Assembly: GCF_009914755.1 (NCBI RefSeq)
Contig: NC_060930.1
Source: the human T2T-CHM13v2.0 reference genome, Homo sapiens
DNA length: 64,000 nucleotides
Direction: 5' to 3' (one strand)
The notes under the pieces are model-generated. The model had not been told where the DNA came from and ran no database searches. It worked only from the letters and a program-made list of their open reading frames with translations. The position numbers and the translations under genes are program-made. Positions 39,313 to 54,471 of the stretch are shown here, piece after piece; position 1 is the stretch's first letter; each line of letters starts with the position of its first letter.

Positions 39313-40728
39313 TTCACTCAGACTCTACACATCATGTTTTTATCAAGCCTTTCTGGGCATCCAAGCAGGATATAACTTGGGTAACGTGGCTGAGCATGCA
39401 GCTGACTGAGAGGCACACTGCACCGGGAGGGACCTTGCTTACCATTAGCTTTATATTTATACCTGTTGTTCCTTGACAGCCAGGCCAATAACAGCACCGA
39501 CCTAGTGGACTGTACTAGGTTTCCCAAACGACTGTGTGGGAAAATGTTGACCAAGGGCTCTGAATGGTGCCTGGTGCCTAACAGATCCTCATTCATGTCC
39601 TAGATGGGGCTGTGTCATTTCTTACAAGGCAGGAAACAAATGCAGTGTAAGGAGCAGGGCTTCTGTGGTCAGACCACCCTGGACCGGGACCCCTATTCTG
39701 CTCTTAACTCTGGGCAGCTTGCCCACCCTTGCTTGGCTGTGGCACCCATGTATACATGAGTTGTTGTCAGGAGTGAATGAGGTGATGGCACTGGTTGCCC
39801 AATTGCCAGCAAATATGAAGTGCTCACGAACAGAAAGGCAATCCAGGGTGCAACTTGCATGTCATAGAGAATCACACCAGCCTACCTCTTCTTTTCCAAA
39901 AATCCAGGTCTACAGTTTCCTCCTTGAGGGTGATTTTTGTAATCCTGCAGCACCAGGATGTGTTGGCTGTGGCCTGGAGTCAAAGCTCCAGGAACTTCCG
40001 TAGAAGAAAAGTTTCTCCAAAACCCTTTCAAAAGTCACCTAATCAGGAAGTCTCTGCAAAGGGATTTGGAACTGACTTGGATGGGTTCTTTCCTGGTAGA
40101 CACTCAGCACTTGATCTTCACTATATTACTCTCCACTTGTTGCTAAATTCCTTTCTAAGCATCTCAAGTCATTTCATCTAGGTTTGCTATTCTCAACTCC
40201 ATCACAATGGCCTGGGGAACAATAATTACCCTTGTCAGCTAAGACAGCATGTCCACCCAGTAGGAACTCAAGAGCCTGCTGCCAGAATATCTTTCCTTCC
40301 ACCCTACCCTAACCGTGAAGTGAGGCACCAACATTCTTTAAGGAATTCTGCTGAAGTCACAGTTTCCCAGAGGCTCAATTTGATGCTGGGGAGAGGAGTG
40401 GGACAATCATCCCCCTCCCACATCACACATTCTGGACACGAGCTCCTCTTCAGGGGCCAAGTGTGTGAGGCCAGATTCCATCAGGAGGAACAAGACAGAG
40501 ACTTCGCAGGATGGCCTGGTCCAAGGACAAACTCAGACCCCCTGAGGGTCTCACACACTTGTCATGTGCCTGGTGAAAAAGCTCATTGCCATGGTCAGCC
40601 CTCAGAGCTAAAAATATTAGAAGCTAAAGTGGTAGAGAGACAGGAGAAAGAGCCACGTCAACTGAGGTGGGAAGGTTCCTGCCAGAAAGGGTTAGTGTCG
40701 AAAAAGCTCTGCACCCATCGCCCTCACT

Positions 40729-40730
<2 letters not shown>

Positions 40731-40768
<38 letters not shown>
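40731..40768. repeat. (AC)19 microsatellite
   Basis: Direct count. Confidence 0.97.
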
Positions 40769-40773
<5 letters not shown>

Positions 40774-41149
40774 GCTGATGTGAAATGGCAAAATGGCTAG
40801 ATCAGACATTTGGCCTAGACTGAGCATCTTCAGTCTCAAACCACACACACCATGGAAGCAGCCTCTGGTGAGGGCATGTCACAATTCATTGACTTGTTGA
40901 GCCTCCCCACAGGAAAAATATAGAAAACTGCCAAGGATGCAGCACCCAACAACATATGGCTCCCATAAATCACATTCTTATTCTCTAAAATCTTCATTAT
41001 TTATGGAGCAATGGTCCTAAGAAGACTTTTTCAGGAAATTAAATTCATATTGAATTTAATCCTGCCTGCAACTCTTATTTTCCCAGTGAGGAAACAGCTA
41101 CTGGGAGATGAAGTAGCTTGACAAGACTACACTGCTGGAAAGAGATAGA

Positions 41150-42330
41150 AGACTTTAAAAGAGACCACAAAGCTATAGTAACCAAAACAGCAAGGTACTG
41201 GCATAAAAACAGACTCATACACTAATAGAACAAAGTAGACAGCCCAAAAATAAATCTCCGCATTTACAGCCAACTGATTTTCAACAAAGGTGTCAATAGC
41301 ACTTACTGGGAAAAGGACAGTCTCTTCAATAAAAGATGCTGGAAAAACTAGATATTTATATGCAGAACAATGAAACTAGATGCCTATCTCTGACCGTATA
41401 CAAAAGTCAACTCAAAATGGATAAAAAGTTGAAATGTAAGACATGAAACTATGAAACTACTAGAAAAACAACATAGGGAAAATTATTCATGACACTGGAG
41501 TAGGCAAAGATTTTTTGGAAAATACTTCAAAAACACAGGCAACAAAAGGAAAAATAGACAAATGGGATTACATCAAACTAAAAAGTTTCCATACAACAAA
41601 GGAAACAATCAACACAGTGAAGAGACAACCTACAAAATGGAAGAAAGTATTTGCAAACTATGCACCTGACAAGGGATTAATAGTCATAATACATAAGGAA
41701 CTCATACAACTCAACAGCAAAAATAATAATAATAATAATCATCATCCAATTTTAAAATGGGCAAAGGGCCTGAATAGACATTTCCCCAAAGAAGATTTAC
41801 AAGTAGCCAGCAGATATATCACAAAATACTCAACATCATTAATCAGGGAAATGCAAATCAAAACCACAACCATATACTGTCTCACCCCAGTTAGAATGGC
41901 TATTATCGGAAAGACAAAAAGTAACAAATGCTGGGAAGGATGCAGAGAAAAAAGGAACTCTCTCATACACCATCAGTGGGAATGTAAATTAGTGCAGCCC
42001 TTATGGAAAATAGCATGGAGGTTCCTCAAAAAATTAAAAATAGAACAATTTTTAAATTTCAATAAAAATTTAAAATGTGATCCAGCAATGCCACTACTGG
42101 GTATCTATGCAAAGGAAAGGAAATCAGCATGTCAAAGAGCTATCTGCACTCCCGTGTTCATTGCAGCATTACTCACGATAGCCAAGATTTGGAATCAACC
42201 TAGGTATTCCTCAGTGGATGAATGGATGAAGAAAATGTGATACTGTATCACAGGAACTTGTACAAGTTAACCTGTATTCAACTGGTTTTATTCTTTTTTA
42301 TGGCTGAATAATATTCCATTGCTTACATAC
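41150..42330 (+). mobile_element. L1 (L1MA/L1PB-age) ORF2 C-terminal fragment; last ~45 bp of L1 sequence inverted
   Basis: ORF 41515-42240 translates as ORF2p C-terminus ([53 protein letters not shown]). Confidence 0.93.
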
Positions 42331-42698
42331 AATCCTTAAATGGCTTTTAAAAATAGTAAAAGATAAAGAGAACATCGAAAAGGACCTACAATTTGCTATA
42401 ATTGACATCAGCATCAGGGTAAACCCTGCAGCCCTCAAACCGGTTACTGCTGAATTGTGCATTCCCCATGGGATCCCACACTGCTTCCAGTGCCACAGCC
42501 AGATCCACACTAAACCCTTAACACATGGAAATGAAATGCCAGGGAGGGAGCTGCTAAGCAGCACTATTAATGCCAACACTCTCTTCTTTACTCAGCTATC
42601 AATATAAATTGAAGTCGGTAAAACTGTGAGATGCTTTCAATTAAACAGATGTATGCTGACATTTGTTTCCCCTCCCCCAAGGAAATATCTAACCTCTC

Positions 42699-43141
42699 TG
42701 TGGGAACTACCACAATTCATTCTAGCCTCAGCCCACCTCATTCTAGCCTGAGCCTACTTCTCACCCTAATCTTCCTCATCTGGTTGTAACCTCAGCCCAA
42801 CTCTCATTCCAGCCTCTGCTGTGACCAGTTCTTTGTAGGTACAGCTCCTCAGCACCTTGACCCCAGCCCTCTCTGATGTCTGCCAGGACCTCTAGGTGCT
42901 CACACAGGAGAAATCTGGAAGTACAGGGGCCCTTGCCAAATGGGAGATGGAATCATGGAAAAGTCTTCACCCCTCCAGGGAAAAGCAGACAGCTCCTAAA
43001 TCCATTTCTTAGGGCTCCTTGCTTCCCTCCCCTGCCTTCCTCTCCCTGCTCCTGACTTCTGCTCCCTGGCATCATTTCTCACATAAGCTACCTGCAGCAG
43101 CCCCTCTCACGCTGTGTCTCAGGGAAACCCCAGCCAAGACA
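42699..43141 (+). mobile_element. LTR16-like ERVL LTR
   Basis: 3' end ctgctccctggcatcatttctcacataagctacctgca...cagggaaaccccagccaagaca resembles LTR16 ends. Confidence 0.6.
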
Positions 43142-44739
43142 AATCATTTCACGCAGTAAAATTTAATGACCATAGTTTTAGAATCAACAAACAGGACACG
43201 GCATCTTACAAAAGATGTTTCTGTGCCATTTCTCCTCCAGGGAGGCAGACAGGTGGGAAGACCTAGACAGAACATTGAATTGTACAGAATTCCAGAGCAT
43301 CTCATTAGTTTGTGTAATTAGTCAGAGAATTTGAAGTAAGGCTATTCCCAAAATCGGGGCTGGATGGCTGCTGTACTTCTTCATGATGGTGAAAATAAAG
43401 TTGAGTTTTACTTCCCTTAAGAGAGTGAGACGAAGAAGTAAAGAAAATCAGGTCTCGTGTGGCAGTATGCCAAGGCCTAGCCACATCAATTCTGAGAGGT
43501 TGTCACCACACCTTAGCTTAGATGGCTGAAGTAGCTTTTAAAACATAGTTTCCAGAAAGTTGAGACGAAAAATCCCACACTAAACAAATATTTTAACTTG
43601 GAGAGAAAAAGATTGCCCTCTAAGGTGTACCTGGAGTGTGTGGAGGAAGGAATACTAATACCACAATACTCCAAAAACAAACAACACAGAGCTTGAGAAA
43701 CAAATATTGTGCTTTACCAAATAGACAAAAGATCTTGGGCGCATTCCAGAAGGACAAGGGATACCGTAGATTAGTACGAGGAACCAGACAGACTGCCCGC
43801 ACAGCTCAGAACCACTTTCGGGAGTATGCCTACACACACGACTTACTGAGCAGACCAGTGAAGACATGTCAACATACAGGCTGGTTCTTCTGCACAGGTG
43901 TGGTGAGTGGGGAGACTAAAGAGACCTTTCCCACTGTGTTTCAGGGCATGGGGCACAGGCGTGACACCATCAGGAGACTGAAGGAGGGAGCCTAGCTAAA
44001 TGACCTTCTCCAAGTCCCTGAATCTTCTGAGCCCCAGTTTCTATGTCTTACAAAATTAGTCTGATAGTATCAAAGAAACATCCTAAGGAAGAAGATGTGA
44101 AAGGGCATTAGAGAAAGTGCTGTGTAGAAATAAATAATCCCATGCTTACTAGTACGAGAGCTGGGACAGACACTCACATTTGCTTGGAAAATCCTGTGTT
44201 CCTAAATCAGCCCCATAAACTAGCATGAAAGGAAGTCCTTAAGTAAATTTAGACTACAAACAGCTTGTACATACCCTTAAGCACTACAAAAGCATCCCTG
44301 TCTTATGACTAATACGTAAAGCCATTCTTGTTTAACTGAAGGCAATCTAAGGGTGCCTTCTCTCATGGCAGTACCACTTGAGCCCAACTTTAGCTGGAGC
44401 ATAACCTTGAAAGGAGCATAACGTTGAAAGTAACATATGGATTGATATAATTGAGGCTGGCCTCCCGCCAATTGGTAAAAATTAGCCAACTTTTTCTTGA
44501 GCAAGTTAAAAAAAATCTACTTTGTATTTGAGCTCCAATTTATCATTGTAATTGATATTCTGAAAACAAGTGCATAGCTAGAAATAATAGTGCCATTTGC
44601 ATAGTCTAGAAATTGAACCCAGCTAAAGCCCAGTGTCTGATAAACTAGCAAATTAAAAGCAGTGCTTTGATCTAGTTATGGAGCATCAGTAGCTGCTAAG
44701 ATTACAAAAAGAGAGACAATATGGGCTCCTTTTGTGATG

Positions 44740-45075
44740 GAAAAGCAAACAATACCTTTAATGTAGTTTTATAAAAAAAAATCTGATCTGAATATGATCA
44801 AGGCTCTAAATCCAATTACCAATTAACAGGAAATGTATGTGGAGGAATATGTTAAAAGACATCATGGGAATGCAATCAGTAAAATCCAGAATGTTGGAAA
44901 CTGTACAAACATTTCAGGTTTTGTTCAACAAAACAGGATGGAAAGAAAAAGAGAGAGAGAGTGAAGGGTAAAGGATTGACTTAATTACTTATTAAATAAA
45001 GGTAGGAAGACACACTGACCAATATAAACATGCTTACTTTGAGTCCTGATTCAAAATGCATAAACGGTTTTTAAA
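44740..45075 (+). mobile_element. L1MC-like 3'UTR fragment
   Basis: atcaaggctctaaatccaattaccaattaacaggaaat...catgggaatgcaatcag.aaaatccagaatg. Confidence 0.55.
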
Positions 45076-45084
45076 ATGCGTGAT

Positions 45085-46690
<1,606 letters not shown>

Positions 46691-46789
46691 TTTAAGTGGC
46701 TATATATATAAATATAAAATAACATGTATATTTTATATATATGTACACACGTACACACATACAGGTATATTTGTGATATATAATGTAAC

Positions 46790-47345
46790 AAAAAGCACAT
46801 TCACTGTTGCCTGGGGCTAAGGATGGGGCAGGGAGGTAGAATTGACTACAGGAAGATGAGGCAGCTTTTTGTGGAATCAAAATATTCTCTTTGATTATGA
46901 TGGTGGTTATAGGTGTGTACACCCTTGTCAAAGCTCATTTAAATGTACTCTTAAAATAGGCAGATCTTATTGTGTGTAAGACATACCTTAACAAAATTGA
47001 TTTTTAAACCATATGACATTTTTGGGATAAGTGATAATTTGAACATGCACTGAGTATTGGATGACATTTAAAAATTACTGTTAATTTTATAGGTACGAAT
47101 GTGTTATTGTGGTTATGTTTGATTCTTATTGTGAGAAGTGCATAGTAAAAAAGTTACAGATAAAATTATACGATGTCTGATATTGGTCTTTTAAAAATGT
47201 AGGCAGCAGGGGAAAGAGAAGATAAAGCAATGTTGGTCATCAGTTGATAATTGTTGAAGCTGGATATTGAGTACACGGGAACCCACTGAACTATTTTATC
47301 TACTTTTATGACAACTTGAAACTTTCCAACATAAAAAATTCTTTT
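46790..47345 (+). mobile_element. L1ME/L1MC 3' end fragments
   Basis: gttgcctgggg..gaattgactaca..ttgattatgatggtggttatagg; gttgataattgttgaagctgg...actattttatctactttt. Confidence 0.6.
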
Positions 47346-48285
47346 ACATGCTTTAAACATATGAACTATGTGGTAAATTATTCAACTAAAAATGTAAACT
47401 GAGTAACTTTTTTAAGTGACAGAGGCTACAGGACATATACAAGCAAAAAGAATGATCTCTACCATCATGGAACTCATGATCTATGAAATGCCAAGTAATA
47501 AAAAAAATTATATGATAAGAGTAGATGAGACCTTTTATGAGTTGGGATTAGGTTCCAAGAGAATTAAACTCCACAATAACAGAGATTTAGACAAGATCGA
47601 GGTTTCTTTGTCTCTAAGATAAAAATCTGGAAATAGGCCATCAGAACTGGAAGCACTGTCAGAGCCATCAAAGCTGGCAGAATCCAACCTGCAACAATGC
47701 AGTTCACAATCATTAACTCATTTAACCTTTTGCCAGCCCAGTAAAGGAGGTACTGCCCAAGGTCAAATCTAAATGTGAGGATTTGATTCTGGATCTGAAA
47801 CATTTTCCATGAAAAGAATTATAACATCCTCATATTTTTCCTTATTGCTTCACTATCAATACTCAGTTTAATTTCACCAAGATTAAAGAATTAGATAGAG
47901 GCTTTGTGGAAATTCTGAATTTTTGAACACTCTTAAATACACCATTATTCTTCATTAAGTCCAATTGCATATCATAATTTGCACATTCTTCTCTATTAAT
48001 GTAGTATCACTAGCACTAGTCTAATATTTATTAACCAAGATTAGGATAATTTTCCAGCTCAAAGAAAATTATCTAGCTCAAAAAACAATAGAGCTTAAAC
48101 AAAAATGAAAGGGAAGAAAAATAATTCAAACTCCCTGATAGGGAATTTTTAAATGGTAAAACCATTGATTGATTACGATCATTCCCTGAGAGGGCATATT
48201 GGTTCAACAAAGAATAGCTTGATTATAATCTGGCCTGACAACAAAGTTGGCCTCACAGACTGTAAGTGAATTGTAAAGGCAATGT

Positions 48286-48310
48286 AAAAAAAAAAAAAAA
48301 AAAAAAAAAA
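48286..48310 (+). repeat. Poly(A)25
   Basis: Direct count. Confidence 0.95.
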
Positions 48311-50416
48311 CTTAACATGTAAAGGACTTTGAAAGTTAAGGTTGTAAACTTGAGATGCAATTCTATTTGTATATGAAAGTAATAGTAACACAGATAGATG
48401 TCTACATTCCTATAGCTTGGAAATAACTTGGCAAAGAAGTTATAGGAATTTCACTAAGCTCAAAAGGCAGAATTACAGCAAAATATTGTCAGTATTATGT
48501 AAGACAGGTTATTTTCATTTTTGCAAGCAAATATAATGCTAATTCAGTCTGCCTTGCCAGCATGGATTCTGAGCATTACACTCAGTGTTAAAATTCTGCC
48601 CATTTAGTGATGTAGCCTTATATAATTCTGTCAACCCTTTCCAGGTAGTCAGAGTGTACCAACAGATTGGTGTACAGTCTACTTCAGGTAGTAATACAAC
48701 CTCCATCCTTGAAGGTTGAGTTAATTACAAAGTAGCTAACAACTTCTTGAAAGACAATCACAAGTCTTCTCCAGGCTAAATTTGAACCCTAAAGTCCAAA
48801 GCTCACAGGATCATTTATGAAAGGGATAAAGGAGACCTCAGAACAGGAATATTTGGGCTTAGCATCAGAATTTGCCAAAGAACTAATTAGGAATAGTGTA
48901 GAACTCAGATTTCAAGCCATGCTTAGAAAGCCATGCCCTAATATTTTTAACACATAGACCATAAGTTTATTTTTTATTTATTGGACCTCTAAAACTAGAG
49001 TGCCTATAGAATTTATTGTCCCAGGATGCTTTTAAAAGGGGAAGGGGACCATCTTAATAATGGCACAGAGGAAACATGTGGACATTGTTCTGAGCAACTG
49101 AGATGTATGGTCAGATCATCTAAAACCATAGCATGCACTATGATCAAGGTGGATTTATTCCAGGGATGCAAGGATGGTTCAATATATTCAAATCAATGAA
49201 TATGATTCACCAAATAAACAGAATTAAAAACAAAAACCATATGATCATCTCAACAGATGCAGAAGAGCATTTGATAAAATTCGGAATCCCTTCATGATAA
49301 AAACTCTCAACAAACTAGGCATAGAACAACAAAACAACAAAAGCCATATATGACAAACCCATGGCCAACATCATATTGAATGGGGAAAATTTGAAAGTAT
49401 TTCCCCTAAGAATTAAAACAAGACAAGGATGCCCATTTTTGCCACTTCTATTCAACAAAGCATTGGAAGTTCTACCCAGAAAATCAGGCACTAGAAAGAA
49501 ATAAAAGGCATCCAAATTGGAAAAGAGGATGTCAAATTATCTCTGTTTGCTGATGATATTATCTTATACTTAGAAAACCCTAAAGACTCCTCCAACTATC
49601 ACTAGATTTGATAAATGAATTCAGTCAAGTTTCAGGATACAAAATCAACATACAAAAATCAGTAGCATTTCTATACACCAGTAATGACCAAGCTGAGAAC
49701 CAAATCAAGGACTCAACCCCATTTACGACAGCTACAAAAATAATTAAAAAATAAAATAAAATACTTAGGAATACATTTAATGAAGGAGATAAAAGGTCTC
49801 TACGAAGAAAATTATAAAACATTGATAAAAGAAATTGTAGATGACACAAATGTTTGTGTCATCTATATCCCATGCTCATGGATTGGAGGGATCAATATTG
49901 TTAAGAAGACCATACTGCCCAATGCGATCTATAGATTCAGTGCAAATCCTATCAAAATATCAACATCATTTTTTACAAAATTGGAAAAAAAAATGCTAAA
50001 ATTCATATGGGACCAAAGAGCCCAAATAACCAAAGCAATCCTAAGCAAAAAGAACAAATCTAGAGGCATCACATTATCTAACTTCAAATTATACTACAAG
50101 GCTATAGTGACCAAAACAGTATGGTACTGGTTTAAAAACAGATATATACATCAATGGAATGGAATAAAAAACCCAGAAATGAAGCCACATACCTAGAGCC
50201 AACTGATCTTCCACAAAGGCAGCAAGAACATACAATGGGGAAAGGACATCCTGTTCAATAAATGATGCTGGGTGCTGGAAAACTTGCATAGCCATATGCA
50301 TAAGTATAGGAGCTATATCTCTCACCATATCCAAAAATCAACTCAAAATGGATTAAAGACTTAAATGTAAGATCTGAAACTATAAGAACTATAGAAGAAA
50401 ACCTAAGAAAAACTCT

Positions 50417-50711
50417 TTTTCTTTAAAGAGATGGAGTCTCTCTCTCACACCCAGGCTGAAGTGCAGTGGCACAAACATGGTTCACTGCAACCTCAACTCC
50501 CTGGACTCAAGCGATTATCTTGCCTCAGCCTCTTGAGTAGCTAGAACTACAGGTGCACACCACCATGCCTGGCTAATTTTTAAAATTTTTTTGTAGAGAC
50601 AGGGTATCACTATGCTGCCTAGGCTGCTCTTGAACTCCTGGGCTCAAGCAATCCTCCCACCTCAGCCTCCCAAAGTGCTGGGATTACAGGCAAGAGCCAC
50701 TACACCTGGCC
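50417..50711 (-). mobile_element. AluJ inserted in L1
   Basis: Reverse Alu with ctcctgggctcaagcaatcctccc; TSD aaaaactct on both sides. Confidence 0.92.
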
Positions 50712-51688
50712 AAAAAACTCTGTTGAATATTGGCTTAGGCAAAGAATTCACGACTAATACTTCAAAAGCAAATGTAACAGAAACAAAAATAGAGAAATAG
50801 GACTTAATTAAACCTAAAAAGCTTCTGCACAGGAAAAGACATAATCAACAGAGTAAGTAGACCACCTGCAGAATGGGAGAAAATATTGGCTAACCATGAA
50901 TCCAACAAAGGACTAATATCTAGAACCCATAGAGAACTCAAACAATTCAACAAGTAAAAAACAAATAACCTCATTAAAAAGTGGACAAAGGACACGAACA
51001 GTTTTCAAAAGAAGACACATAAATAGCCAATAAGCATATTTTAAAAATGCTCAGCATCACTAATCATCAGACATAAGATGAATTAAAACTACAATGAGAG
51101 ATCATCTTATACTAATCAGGATGGCTATTATTAAAAAGTCAGAAAATAACAGATAGTGAGGATGTAGAAAAAAGGGAATGCTTATATACTGTTGGTAGAA
51201 ATGTGAATTGGTACAACTTATATGGCAAACAGGAGATTTTTCAAAGAACTAAAAATCAAATTATCATTTCATCCAGCAACCTCACTACTGGGTATCTACC
51301 TAAAAGAAAATAAATTATTATATAAAAAGATATCTGCACTCATATGTTTATCACAGCACTATTCACAATAGGAAAGATACAGAACTAACCTATATGTATA
51401 TGTGGTATATACATATTCCATGGTATGTATATACCACATTTTCTTTATCCAATCATACATTGATGGACAATCATACATGATTGGATAAAGAGTATAATTG
51501 TCCACGAATGTATGATTGGATAAAGAAAATGTGGTATATACATACCATGGAATACTACTTAGCCATAAAAACGAATGAAATCATCTTTTGCAGCAACATG
51601 AATGGAACTGGAGGCCATTATCTTAAATGAAATAACTCAGAAGCAGAAAGTCAAATAACACATGTTCTTGCTCACCAGTGGGAGCTAA

Positions 51689-52033
<345 letters not shown>

Positions 52034-52881
52034 CAGACATAGTAAAATTAGTAGACACTGGAAACTCAGAAAGGTGGGAGGGAAGTAGGTGAGGGCTGAA
52101 AAATTACCTAATGGGTACGATGTTCACTATTTGAGTGATGGTTACACTAAAAGCCCAGACTGCACTACTACGAAATACGTCCATGTAACAAAACTGCACG
52201 TGTATCCCCAAATCTACAAAAATAAGAAATATATAATTTTAAAAAAATAAATAAAACTACAAAATGTTCTCATGAACAACTGGGCATATCATTTTACAAA
52301 GACCCTCTGTGTACCATGCAACATGTACCACCCACTACACGGCTTCCATTTCCACTTGCCAAGGTCTTGATATTGTGATATCCATGCCCAGATAGCATCA
52401 CTGACCTCTGATAAGGTCAGAATACTGTCCTACCTCATGTATGCACAGCATGTCTCTGGGCCAAGCTGTTCTTATGTATATTCTTGTCTCTGGTTTACAT
52501 GGGGAAATAGGCCATGTAACAAGAAAGGTCATGAAGTCAGAGGACAGCACACATGAGGACCTCAAGGGCATTCCAACCATACATGGTTGTCCATTTTTAT
52601 GGCTCATATATCTTTCCTACCATCTTTGAACTCATAAAGCTGAATTAAAAAATCAATACATTTCCTTCAATGTCAGAAAATTCTGTGCTCAATTAACAGT
52701 CAAAATATTATCTTACAAATAAGAATATCTCTATATACTGCCATGGAGTGAATTCCAGGATTTTTTGAAAAGTTAAGAAAATAAAGTAGATAGAACTAAC
52801 TGTATATAAAATTTTAACACTACCTACATGGAGGGATATATAAATACATCCATGTTGGCTTAGTTATTTTAAATAGAAGTA

Positions 52882-53270
52882 TGTTATGGGCTGAGTTGTG
52901 TCCTCTCAAAATGTATATGTTGAAGTCCTAAGCCCCAGTACCTCAGTGCTGTATTGGATTGGAGATAAGGTCTTTAAAGAAGTAATGAAATTAAAATGAG
53001 GGGTCTTTAGGGTGGGCCTCAATCCAATCTGACTGCTAGCCTTATAAGAAGAGGAAATGTGGATACACAGAGAGACACCAGAGGTGCACATGCACAGAGG
53101 GAAGACCATGTGAGGACAGCCAGCCAAGGAGAAAGATCCCAGATGAATCTAGCCCTACCAACACCTTGATCTTGGGCTTTCAGCCTCCAGAACCGTAAGA
53201 AAATAAATTTCAGTTGGTTAAGCTACCCAGTCTGTGATACTTTGTTTGGCAGCCCTAGCAAACTAATATA
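52882..53270 (+). mobile_element. MLT1A-like MaLR solo LTR
   Basis: tgttatgggctgagttgtgtcc...ggtctttaaagaagtaat...ccttataagaagagg...ggcagccctagcaaactaata. Confidence 0.88.
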
Positions 53271-53410
53271 AAGGGTAATTTTAAGTTTTATCAAATGGTT
53301 ACCTATAGGGTGGAGGAAGGAGCAAGGTGGAAAAAATATGGATAAAAACTAAATTTCCTTGAATATGCTTCATATTATACCTTTGACTTTAAAACCAGGT
53401 CAATATTCAA

Positions 53411-53540
53411 GCCAGGTACAGTGGTACATACCTGTTGTCCCAGCTACTCAAGAGGCTGAGATAGAAGGATAGCTTGAGCCTAGAAGTTTGAGACCAGTCT
53501 GGGCAACATAGAGAGATCCTGTCTCTTAAGAAAAAAAAAG
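53411..53540 (+). mobile_element. FLAM/Alu monomer
   Basis: gccaggtacagtgg...gaggctgag..ggatagcttgagcctagaagtttgagaccagtctgggcaacata; flanking gtcaatatt repeat. Confidence 0.85.
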
Positions 53541-53610
53541 TCAATATTACTTACTTGTTAAACAAATGAAGGAAATAAAAAATGAAATGGACCAGATGGT
53601 GCTAACTAAA

Positions 53611-53968
53611 GGCTATAGTTTGAATGTGCTCCCAAAGTTTTTCTCTTGAAAACTTAATTGCCATTGCAAATACTGTTAAGAGGTGGGGTCTTTAAGAAGT
53701 AAGTAGACCATGAGGACTCTGCCTTCATGAATGGATTAATGCTGTTATTGTGAGAATGGGTTCCCGATAATTTTAGCCCCCTTCTTCCCTCCCCTCCTTG
53801 TGCTCACTTCCACCTTCTACCCTTCCATCATGGAATGACTGTTGCCAGATGTTAATGTCATGAACTTGGACTTCCCAGTCTCCAGAACTATAAGAAATAA
53901 ATGTCTTTTCTTTATCAATTACTCAGTCTTAGGTATTCTGTTACAGCAGCAAAAAGTGGACTAAGACA
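53611..53968 (+). mobile_element. MaLR solo LTR (MSTB-like)
   Basis: gctatagtttgaatgtg...gccttcatgaatggattaatg...cttggacttcccagtctccagaact...attctgttacagcagcaaaaagtggactaagaca. Confidence 0.85.
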
Positions 53969-54188
53969 CTGAATACCAAGTTGACGGCTTAATCACTAGA
54001 GAACAATTATCTCAAGTTACATTAAAATTTGGTAATTTGACTGTGTAGATGATGGAATATACACCCTAAGGGCCAAAAAACAAAAACAAAGCCCACAAGT
54101 AAAATTCAAACTGTTTTCAGTTATCACATTGTTAGTAATAAAACAGGAATTGAGATTCTGAAATAGGAATAGAAAGATTGAGATACAT

Positions 54189-54213
54189 ACACACACACAC
54201 ACACACACACACA
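54189..54213. repeat. (CA)n microsatellite
   Basis: Direct observation. Confidence 0.9.
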
Positions 54214-54424
54214 GAGGAATGACAAAGCAAATAAGTAATTACATTGATGTGACTGATATTCAGCATAGGGACCCAGGTAAAATCAAAACATGTCCTACAA
54301 ACAATAAACAACCCCAGGATCAGTGAACACTTTTCTCAATGAACGCTACTTTTTATGCCTTTCTCTTTACTTTTATACATACTTGAAATCTTGCCTAATA
54401 AAAACGATATAGGTGGATGGATGA

Positions 54425-54470
<46 letters not shown>
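54425..54470. repeat. (ATAG)11 tetranucleotide STR
   Basis: Direct count: 11 units plus AT. Confidence 0.95.

Positions 54471-54471
<1 letters not shown>

Noticed and set aside
38862-39476. 204-aa His/Thr/Tyr-rich ORF
   Set aside because: Translation artefact of the CA/TA-rich repeat
48286-48310. Poly(A)25 as tail of a processed pseudogene
   Set aside because: No adjacent poly(A) signal, clear TSD or recognisable upstream mRNA-derived sequence
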